Assembly: GCF_013408985.1 (NCBI RefSeq)
Contig: NZ_JACBZT010000001.1
Span: forward strand, 3,797,197 to 3,861,196
Length of the DNA: 64,000 nt
Direction of reading: 5' to 3'
DNA from: Petropleomorpha daqingensis
Lineage (GTDB): Bacteria > Actinomycetota > Actinomycetes > Mycobacteriales > Geodermatophilaceae
Below, piece after piece: positions 57,062-64,000 of this stretch. Position 1 is the first letter of the stretch; each line of letters begins with the position of its first letter. The notes under the pieces were generated by a model. It searched no databases. It had not been told where the DNA came from and saw only the letters and a program-made list of their open reading frames with translations. Position numbers and translations under genes: made by a program.

Positions 57062-57832
57062 GTGACCTGGAAGCGGAGCGTCGTCCCCGTGCTCGTCGCG
57101 GCCACCGTGCTGCTGACCGGCTGCGACCAGACCAAGTGGATCGACGAGGCCGGCGCGCCCGCGACCCCGACCGACGCCGCCGGGCTGGCCACCTTCCTGC
57201 AGGACGGGACGAAGAGCATCCGCTCGGCGCACCTGGAGCTCGAGGTCGACGCCGCCGGCAACGCGATCAAGGGCAGCGGCGACGAGACGCTCAAGGACGG
57301 CAAGGCGGAGGCGTTCGACCTCACCGAGACGATCCCCGGCGTCGGCGACATCCGGGTGCTCATGGTCGACGGGCAGACCTACGTCCAGCTGCCCTCCGGG
57401 CTCAACCCGAGCGACAAGCCGTGGCTCCTGATCTCGGCCGAGAGCTCCAACCCCGTGGTGCAGCAGCTCGCCACCTCGCTGCAGTCGGTGACCTCCTCCA
57501 GCAGCCTCGACCAGTACACGGCCTTCACCCAGGCGGCCACCGTGCGGCTGGTCGGGCCGGAACAGGTGAACGGCACCGACGCGACGCACTACGCGCTGAG
57601 CGTCGACGTCACCAAGCTGCCCAACGACACCCCAGGGCGCAGCGACCTGCTCAGCGCCGGGCTGGTCACGCTGCCGGTCGACCTGTGGGTCGACGACCAG
57701 GGCCGGCCGGTCAAGGTCAGCGAAGAGCTGACCGTGCAGGACCAGAAGGTCACCACGCTGGTCACGCTCAGCAAGTTCGACGAGGACGTGACGATCACGG
57801 CGCCGCCGGCCGACCAGGTCGCGAACGACTGA
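57062..57832 (+). CDS. lipoprotein (LppX/LprAFG-like size and composition)
   Basis: Signal peptide with lipobox LLTGC. Confidence 0.6.
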   Translation: MTWKRSVVPVLVAATVLLTGCDQTKWIDEAGAPATPTDAAGLATFLQDGTKSIRSAHLELEVDAAGNAIKGSGDETLKDGKAEAFDLTETIPGVGDIRVLMVDGQTYVQLPSGLNPSDKPWLLISAESSNPVVQQLATSLQSVTSSSSLDQYTAFTQAATVRLVGPEQVNGTDATHYALSVDVTKLPNDTPGRSDLLSAGLVTLPVDLWVDDQGRPVKVSEELTVQDQKVTTLVTLSKFDEDVTITAPPADQVAND

Positions 57833-57854
57833 GGGGTCGGCCGGCACCGGGATC

Positions 57855-58157
57855 TCAGGCGGCCGGGGCGCGGCCGTTCTGCAGCGTGTTCCGCAGGCCG
57901 GTGGCCGGGGTGTCGGGACCGGCCGGCACGAGGATCCACATCAGCGGGTAGACGAGGATGCCGGCGCCGATCAGGGCCAGGGCGATGAACCCGACCCGCC
58001 AGATCAGCGCCTCGACGCCGCTGTACTCGGCCAGCCCGCCGCAGACGCCTCCGAGGACGCGGTTGGTCCTGCTCCGGTACAGGTGCGGGCGCGGCGGGAC
58101 GGCGGTCACCGGCGGGGGCGGCGCGTCCGGGAAATCGGAATTCGGGAGAGCGGTCAT
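57855..58157 (-). CDS. PspC domain-containing protein
   Basis: RSRTNRVLGGVCGGLAEYSGV motif followed by a TM helix. Confidence 0.7.
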   Translation of the reverse strand: MTALPNSDFPDAPPPPVTAVPPRPHLYRSRTNRVLGGVCGGLAEYSGVEALIWRVGFIALALIGAGILVYPLMWILVPAGPDTPATGLRNTLQNGRAPAA

Positions 58158-58196
58158 GCACCGAGGCTGCCGCCGCTCCCCGTGGCCCACCACGGA

Positions 58197-58225
58197 GGAA
58201 GGTCCCGTCCGGGAACGGGACTTCC
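58197..58225 (-). terminator. hairpin downstream of the monooxygenase gene
   Basis: GGAAGGTCCCGT-ccggga-ACGGGACTTCC. Confidence 0.4.
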
Positions 58226-58233
58226 GGCCCGCG

Positions 58234-60129
58234 TCACGCGTGCGCCTCGGCCTCCACGAGGATCGCGGCGAAGAAGTCGCCGAGGGCCTGAGGGTCGTCG
58301 AGCGGGAGCACGTCGGCGACGTACTGGTCGGGCCGGACGACGACCACGCAGCCGGCGTCGCGGTCGATGCCCCGCGCGTCGAACACGTCGTCGGCCGGAT
58401 CGGGGCAGAACGCCTTCTCGTGGTCGACCAGGCCGAACCGGCCCTTGCGGGGAGCGAGCACCGGCGGCAGCGCGTCGACGGCGAGCTCCCGGTGGCCCTG
58501 CTGGAAGACGGCCCGGACGTCGATCACCGAGTCGGGCTCCGCGCCGGCCGGGGTGAACCGGGCGAGCGGTGACTTCTCGGAGGCGAGGAACTCGCACAGC
58601 CGCCGCGCGCGCGACTCCGGGGACGCCGGATCGGCGCGGTCGGCGAAGACGTACACCCGCCAGGCGCCGTCGGCCCGGGCGACGTGCCCCAGCTGCAGCG
58701 GCCTGGCGTCGGCCAGCCTGATCACCCGGGCGGAGTGGAAGCGCATCCCGACGGGGAAGCCCTCGGCGAGGGACGGGAACCGCGCCTCGGCGGTGATCAT
58801 CGACGGGGCGTAGCGCGTCGCGACGCCGGCGGTGAACCGGCCCTGCTGCACGAAGTACCGCTGGAACTCCTCCGGGTCGACGCCGTCGCCACCTTCGTCC
58901 TTCGGGGCGGTGCTGAACATCGCGGCGAACTCGCGGTCGAAGTCGATGAGCTCCTGCGCGATCACCTGCCGCTCCGCCGAGTAGGTGCGCAGCAGCTCCG
59001 GCCGGGCGGTGCCGCGCAGCACCGTGCCGAGCTTCCAGCCCAGGTTCCAGGCGTCGGCCATCGAGACGTTCATGCCCTGGCCGGCCTTGGCGCTGTGCGT
59101 GTGGCAGGCGTCGCCGGCGATGAAGACCCGGGGGAGCCGGGTGGTCGCCTCGTCGGCCGGGACGTCGTCGAACCGGTCGCACAGCCGCTGGCCGATGTCG
59201 TACACCGACCACCAGCCGACGTCCTTCACGTCGATCGTGTACGGGGCGAGGATCCGGTTGGCCACCGCGGCCAGCTTCTCCGGCGTGACGTTCTGCCGAT
59301 CGAGCAGCTCGGCGTCGGCGACCTGGTCGAGCTCGATGTAGAGCCGGACGAGGTAGCCGCCCTCGCGCGGGATGATCAGCAGGTTGCCCTGGTTGGCCGA
59401 GTGGATCGCGCACTTGAGGCGGATGTCGGGGAAGTCGGTGACGGCGAGGACGTCCAGGACGCCCCACGAGGAGTTCATCGGGTCGCCGGCGAGCTCGCGG
59501 CCGATCGCCGTCCGGACGGCGCTGCGGGCGCCGTCGCACCCGACGACGTACCGCGCGCGGACGGCGGCCGTCTCCCCGGTCGACCGCTGCAGGGTGACCG
59601 TGGCGCCGTCCGGGTCGACGTCGACGCCGACGGCGGACAGGCCGTAGTGCGGCCGCAGCCGGGACGGCGAGCGCTCCATGTGCTCGCGCAGGTAGGCCAG
59701 CATCCGCGCCTGGTTGACGATCACGTGCGGGAACTCCGAGAGGCCCTCCTCGACGTCCCGCACCCGGCCGGTGCGGGTGATCCGCGAGCGGTCCTCCGGG
59801 TCCGGGCGCCAGAAGGTGACCTCGTTGACCCAGTAGCCCTCGCCGATCAGCCGGTCGGCCAGACCGAACGCCTCGAACATCTCCACCGTGCGGACGGCGA
59901 CGCCGTCGGCCTGCCCGACCTGGAGCGGCCCGTCGCGCCGGTCGACGATCGCCGTCCGGATCTCGGGGAAGTTCGCCAGCTGCGCGGCGAGGACCAGCCC
60001 GGCCGGCCCGCAGCCGACGATCAGGACGTCGACGTCGGTCGGAAGGCCGTCGGGCCGGTCGGCCACCGACGGGTGCGGCTGCTCGATCAGCGGGTCGCCG
60101 GGCCGGTAGCCGTCCAGGTAGAACTGCAT
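58234..60129 (-). CDS. FAD-dependent aromatic-ring monooxygenase (phenol 2-monooxygenase / 3-hydroxybenzoate hydroxylase family) with C-terminal thioredoxin-like domain
   Basis: GxGxxG (VLIVGCGPAGL). DG and GD motifs (YVVGCDGARSAVR; FIAGDACHTHSAKAGQGMN). ~630 aa. Confidence 0.85.
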   Translation of the reverse strand: MQFYLDGYRPGDPLIEQPHPSVADRPDGLPTDVDVLIVGCGPAGLVLAAQLANFPEIRTAIVDRRDGPLQVGQADGVAVRTVEMFEAFGLADRLIGEGYWVNEVTFWRPDPEDRSRITRTGRVRDVEEGLSEFPHVIVNQARMLAYLREHMERSPSRLRPHYGLSAVGVDVDPDGATVTLQRSTGETAAVRARYVVGCDGARSAVRTAIGRELAGDPMNSSWGVLDVLAVTDFPDIRLKCAIHSANQGNLLIIPREGGYLVRLYIELDQVADAELLDRQNVTPEKLAAVANRILAPYTIDVKDVGWWSVYDIGQRLCDRFDDVPADEATTRLPRVFIAGDACHTHSAKAGQGMNVSMADAWNLGWKLGTVLRGTARPELLRTYSAERQVIAQELIDFDREFAAMFSTAPKDEGGDGVDPEEFQRYFVQQGRFTAGVATRYAPSMITAEARFPSLAEGFPVGMRFHSARVIRLADARPLQLGHVARADGAWRVYVFADRADPASPESRARRLCEFLASEKSPLARFTPAGAEPDSVIDVRAVFQQGHRELAVDALPPVLAPRKGRFGLVDHEKAFCPDPADDVFDARGIDRDAGCVVVVRPDQYVADVLPLDDPQALGDFFAAILVEAEAHA

Positions 60130-60176
60130 GCACCGAGCCTGTCGCGATTCTGCGACGAGGGATACGGTCTTCTGCT

Positions 60177-60926
60177 GTGAAGAACAAGCCGACCTATGCG
60201 ATCGCCTCGGTCGACTCCGCGCTGCTGCTGGCGACGCTGCTGCAGCAGGAGGGCCCGATGCGGGTGACCGACGCGGCCGAGCGGATCGGCGTCTCGGGGT
60301 CGACCGCGCACCGGCTGCTCGGCATGCTCGTCTACCGCGACTTCGCCGAGCAGCTGCCCGATCGCCGGTACGGGCCCGGTCCGCTGATGCGCGGCGGTCC
60401 CGCTCCGCAGGCGGCCGTGGCGGCGCTGCGCGACGCCGCGCTGCCGCACCTGCGCCGGCTGGTCGACGAGCTGGGGGAGACGGCGAACCTCATGGTGCTG
60501 GCCGGCTCGGACGTCCGGTTCCTGGCCACGGTCGAGTGCGACCACGTGCTGCGCGTCGGCGACCGGACCGGCCGGACGCTGCCGGCGGTGAGCGCATCGG
60601 GCGGCAAGGCGCTGCTGGCCGCGCTGCCGCCCGAGCGGCGGGACGACGTCCTGGGCGGGCTCGACCCGGCCGGCGCCGACCGGCTGCAGCGGGAGCTCCG
60701 GGGGATCCGGCGCCGGGGGTTCGCGGTCAACGACCAGGAGACCGAGACCGGCCTGACCGCCGTCGGCGCCGCCGTCCCGACCCCGCCCGGCGCGCCGCCG
60801 GCCGCGATCTCGGTGGCCATGCCGCGCGCCCGCTACTCCCGCGACCGCCTCCCGGAGTGGGGTGCGGCGGTGACCGCCGCGGGGGCGGCGATCGCGCGCG
60901 ACCTGACCGGTCAGAAGACGGCGTAG
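60177..60926 (+). CDS. IclR family transcriptional regulator
   Basis: N-terminal wHTH (VTDAAERIGVSGSTAHRLL) plus C-terminal IclR effector domain. Divergent from the monooxygenase. Confidence 0.85.
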   Translation: MKNKPTYAIASVDSALLLATLLQQEGPMRVTDAAERIGVSGSTAHRLLGMLVYRDFAEQLPDRRYGPGPLMRGGPAPQAAVAALRDAALPHLRRLVDELGETANLMVLAGSDVRFLATVECDHVLRVGDRTGRTLPAVSASGGKALLAALPPERRDDVLGGLDPAGADRLQRELRGIRRRGFAVNDQETETGLTAVGAAVPTPPGAPPAAISVAMPRARYSRDRLPEWGAAVTAAGAAIARDLTGQKTA

Positions 60927-61678
60927 CCCCCGTCGACCAGCACCGTCGTCCCCGTCTGGTAGCTGGAGGCGTCGGCGGCGAGGTAGACGGCGATGCCGCC
61001 GAACTCCTCCGGCCGGCCCCACCGGCCCAGCGGGACGCGGCTGATCACCCGGTCGGTGAAGACCTGGGAGCCCTGCGCGGTCGTCGTCATGTCGGTGGCC
61101 GTCCAGCCGGGCAGGACGCCGTTGACCCGGATGCCGTACCGGGCCAGCTCGACCGCGGCCGAGCGCACGAACGCCGTCAGGCCGGCCTTGCTCGCGCCGT
61201 AGGCGTGGTTGCGCGCCGCACCGCTGAGCGCCGCGAGGCTGGCCACGGCGATCACCGAGCCGCCGGTGCCCCGCTCGACGAGGACCCGGGCGGTCTCGCG
61301 CAGCGTCCAGAAGGCGCCGTCCAGGTTGGTGGCCATCACCGTCCGGTAGTCCTCGGCGGTGGTGTCGACCAGCGGCTTCAGCGGCACCCCGAGCCCCGCG
61401 TTGACGACGACGACGTCCAGGCCGCCCAGGAGCCCGACGGTCTCCCGGACGCCATCCGCGACGGCGGCCTCGTCGGAGACGTCGACCTGCTGGGCGTGCG
61501 CGACCGCACCACCGGCGGTGAGCTCGTCGGCCGCGGTGCGCACCTTGCCGGGGTTGCGGCCCCACAGGGAGACCGCAGCACCGTGCTCGGCGAGCGCGCG
61601 GGCCATGGCCAGGCCGATGCCGGAGCCGCCGCCGGTCACCAGCGCCCGCCGGCCGGTCAGGTCGAACAGCGCGCTCAT
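60911..61678 (-). CDS. SDR family oxidoreductase
   Basis: TGGGSGIG cofactor motif, catalytic YGASK, NAG motif. Confidence 0.85.
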   Translation of the reverse strand: MSALFDLTGRRALVTGGGSGIGLAMARALAEHGAAVSLWGRNPGKVRTAADELTAGGAVAHAQQVDVSDEAAVADGVRETVGLLGGLDVVVVNAGLGVPLKPLVDTTAEDYRTVMATNLDGAFWTLRETARVLVERGTGGSVIAVASLAALSGAARNHAYGASKAGLTAFVRSAAVELARYGIRVNGVLPGWTATDMTTTAQGSQVFTDRVISRVPLGRWGRPEEFGGIAVYLAADASSYQTGTTVLVDGGYAVF

Positions 61679-62463
61679 GCGCCGAGCCGCCGGCGGACGA
61701 CCGCAGCCTGCTCCGGCGAGCCGATGAGCGCGCCGATCTCCTCCTGCTCGGCCTGGAGTCCCTCGGCGAGCGGGACCCGGCCGGCCAGCTCGACCAGCCG
61801 CTTGACCGCGCGGGTGGCGCTGCGGCTGTGCCCGGCGATCTCGGCGGCCAGCGCCTGCGCGTCGGCCAGCGGGTCGTCGGCCGCGCGGGTGGCCAGGCCG
61901 AGACCGACCGCGTCGGTGCCGGACACCTTCCGCCCGGTGAGCGCCAGCTCCTTGGCGACGTCCCGGCCGACCAGCTCCGGCAGCAGCTGCGTGCCGCACA
62001 TGTCGGGCACCAGGCCCCACTGCACCTCCATGACCGACAGCTGCGCGTCCGGGGCGACGATGCGGATGTCGGCGCCGAGCGCGATCTGCAGCCCGCCGCC
62101 GAAGGCGAACCCGTGCACGGCGGCGATCACCGGCGCGGGGACCAGCGACCACACGTGCACGGCCTGCTGCCCGAGTGCGCGCGCCGCGCCCAGCGGCTCC
62201 CGGGGGACGACGACGCGCGCGGCGCCGCCCTCGGCCATCGCGGCGAACGAGCCGAAGTCCAGCCCGGCGCAGAACGCCCGGCCCGCGCCGGTGAGCACGA
62301 CCGCCCCGACGTCGTCCCGGTCGATCAGCGACGTGCCGGCCTCGACCAGCGCCTCGAACATGGCGGGGTCGAGCGCGTTCAGCTTGTCCGGGCGGTCCAG
62401 CCGCACGGTCGCGATGCCGTCGGCCACCTCGAGCGCCACACGGCGCGAGACGTCGTCGTCCAC
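61675..62463 (-). CDS. enoyl-CoA hydratase/isomerase (crotonase) family protein
   Basis: Crotonase fold motifs (AVVLTGAGRAFCAGLD ... HGFAFGGGLQIALGADIRI). 4-bp overlap with the SDR gene. Confidence 0.8.
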   Translation of the reverse strand: MDDDVSRRVALEVADGIATVRLDRPDKLNALDPAMFEALVEAGTSLIDRDDVGAVVLTGAGRAFCAGLDFGSFAAMAEGGAARVVVPREPLGAARALGQQAVHVWSLVPAPVIAAVHGFAFGGGLQIALGADIRIVAPDAQLSVMEVQWGLVPDMCGTQLLPELVGRDVAKELALTGRKVSGTDAVGLGLATRAADDPLADAQALAAEIAGHSRSATRAVKRLVELAGRVPLAEGLQAEQEEIGALIGSPEQAAVVRRRLGA

Positions 62464-62596
62464 CCCCGCTGTCTACGGGTGAGGTGACGATCGTGTCAAC
62501 GAGGGACGTGTTTGACGCAGCGTCATCGAGCGGTCACGTCACGGCAAACGAGCCGTCGTCCGACCGCGGTCTGATGGGGTCGTGCCGCAGCAACCG

Positions 62597-63280
62597 CTAC
62601 CCGAGCAGCCGCCCGTCCGCTGGGTGACGCGTCGCCGGGTCGTCATCCAGCGGGTCCCGCCGGGCGACCGGCCGGCCTGACGACACCGTCGCGGCCGCCG
62701 ACTCCAGCGCCAGGTGGGCCATCGCCTGCTCGTAGCACTCGTGCAGGAGGTACAGCCGGTCGACGAGGCGCCGGACGTAGGCCGATGACGTGCGGGTGCG
62801 GGCCGGGTGGTCCATCAGGTCCCAGAACACCCAGGAGACCTCTTCACCGCACCCGGACCAGATGTCGGTGACCGACGCGGGCGACCTCCCCAGCGCCAGC
62901 ACGAACCGGCGGGACACCTCGCGGCGCAGCCGCACGGCCTGCCGTTCGTAGCGGGCGATCTCCTCCCGGCGCTGCCGCCGCTCGGCGGCCGGCCGGGCCC
63001 ACAGGCGCCGCTTCGGCGGCGGTCCCACGCTCAGGCCGATGCTCCTGCCGAGCAGCGGGACCAGCAGCGCCCGATCGGCGTCGCCCAGCTTGTCGTTGGC
63101 ACCCCGCAACACCGCGGCCAGCTCCGCGTCCACGCACGCCGGCTGGTCGGTGTGCGGTTCACCGGCCAGCAGCGCCGTGTACTCCATGAAGCAGGCCCCC
63201 TGTGCGGGGTTCCTGTGCTTGCCCCTGCTCAGCACCGGCATCCCAGCGGGCACCGTCGCGTGGGGTGGGAACTCGGACAT
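62597..63280 (-). CDS. hypothetical protein (~227 aa)
   Basis: ATG at 63280 has a strong GGAGG ribosome-binding site 8 nt upstream. The upstream portion of the longer ORF is Arg/Pro/Gly-rich noise. Confidence 0.45.
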   Translation of the reverse strand: MSEFPPHATVPAGMPVLSRGKHRNPAQGACFMEYTALLAGEPHTDQPACVDAELAAVLRGANDKLGDADRALLVPLLGRSIGLSVGPPPKRRLWARPAAERRQRREEIARYERQAVRLRREVSRRFVLALGRSPASVTDIWSGCGEEVSWVFWDLMDHPARTRTSSAYVRRLVDRLYLLHECYEQAMAHLALESAAATVSSGRPVARRDPLDDDPATRHPADGRLLG

Positions 63281-63312
63281 GGCGCCTACCTCCTCGTGGC
63301 CGCGGCCGAACG

Positions 63313-64000
63313 CTAGGGAGACCGGGGGGCGGGAGTCGTCGTCCGCGGCGGATGAGCCGGCTCGCTCGAGGCCGCCGCCTCCTCGGGCTCGGCCTCGGCA
63401 GCCTCGGCGCGCCGTCGCGATCGGCGACCGGGCCGTTTCCGCCGCGGCGACGAGGCCGCTCCCGACGCGCCGGCGAGCAGCGTGCGCGCCCACACGCGGT
63501 CCGGGTCCTGCCCGACGAGCACGGCGACCACGAACAGGGTCAGCGGCACGGCAAGGATGGCGCCCATCGGGCCCAGGACGACGGTCCAGACGAACACCGA
63601 CAGGAACGACAGGGTGACCGACAGGCCGACGGCGTCGCCGACGAACACCGGCTGGATCACCGACTGGATGACGAAGTTGGCCAGCGAGTAGATCAGCACG
63701 ACGAGCAGGGCGAGCCCGGGGCCGCCGACCAGGAGCGCCAGCAGCGTCGGCGGCGCCAGCCCCAGGAGGAACCCGATGTTGGGCACGTAGTTGGTCAGGA
63801 ACGACAGCAGGCCCCACAGCAGCGCCAGGGGCACCCCCAGGACGAGCAGCGCGATGGTGTCGGCGATGGCGACCAGCAGCCCGAACACCGTCGTCACGAC
63901 GATGTAGCGGCGCGTGTTCCTGGCGAACCCGCCGAGTGCCGCCGTCAGCCGCTCGCTCCCGGGAACGGCGGACAGCCGGGCCGGCAGCCCCGCCGCCTCC
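63313..64000 (-). CDS. AI-2E family transporter, partial (N-terminus beyond window end)
   Basis: Multiple TM helices with AI-2E-like C-terminal region. The reading frame continues without a stop to position 64000. Confidence 0.65.
   Translation of the reverse strand, partial: EAAGLPARLSAVPGSERLTAALGGFARNTRRYIVVTTVFGLLVAIADTIALLVLGVPLALLWGLLSFLTNYVPNIGFLLGLAPPTLLALLVGGPGLALLVVLIYSLANFVIQSVIQPVFVGDAVGLSVTLSFLSVFVWTVVLGPMGAILAVPLTLFVVAVLVGQDPDRVWARTLLAGASGAASSPRRKRPGRRSRRRAEAAEAEPEEAAASSEPAHPPRTTTPAPRSP

Noticed and set aside
1-64000. CRISPR arrays, tRNA genes, IS elements/transposases, integrases
   Set aside because: No short direct repeats with spacers. No tRNA-like cloverleaf candidates noticed in intergenic regions (which are few and short). 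No transposase or integrase-like translations on either strand. The HNH/DUF222 gene is the only loosely mobile-element-associated family and has no flanking inverted repeats that I could see.

Overview
Very high-GC (~72-74%) actinobacterial chromosomal segment with dense, mostly syntenic housekeeping and accessory genes. Many long ORFs in the six-frame track are antisense or out-of-frame artefacts of the GC bias and were discarded. Recognisable content, in order:
- An RNase P RNA (rnpB) that the ORF track had masked with spurious ORFs, next to a DUF222/HNH-endonuclease gene.
- A large secreted beta-propeller/LamG/double-PKD protein.
- A complete Flp/Tad pilus locus (flp, tadE, tadG-like, cpaB, cpaE, cpaF, tadB, tadC).
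- A baeRF2 (Rv2629-like) gene with a translationally coupled small ORF.
- A nitrogen and cofactor block: panB-nadE-SPFH, then glnA2, a class I glutamine amidotransferase, glnE and paiB.
- An aquaporin and a CDGSH protein.
- A cytoplasmic tandem-GAF methyl-accepting chemotaxis protein.
- A three-gene molybdopterin hydroxylase operon.
- Methionine-salvage genes mtnA and mtnB.
- An aromatic-catabolism-like cluster (FAD monooxygenase, IclR, SDR, crotonase).

The most unusual locus lies at ~50.7-54.7 kb. An ECF41-like sigma factor gene is followed by a single ORF that fuses an ECF sigma domain, a zinc-anti-sigma-like HxxxCxxC linker and an RsbT-type stressosome kinase domain. Immediately downstream are RsbR (globin-like sensor plus STAS), RsbS (STAS) and a free-standing RsbU N-terminal domain protein. 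This reads as a stressosome wired directly to an ECF sigma factor.

Other points: a perfect 46-bp palindrome directly after glnA2, several strong bidirectional terminator hairpins, and a possible 33-aa membrane peptide ORF upstream of the molybdoenzyme operon.
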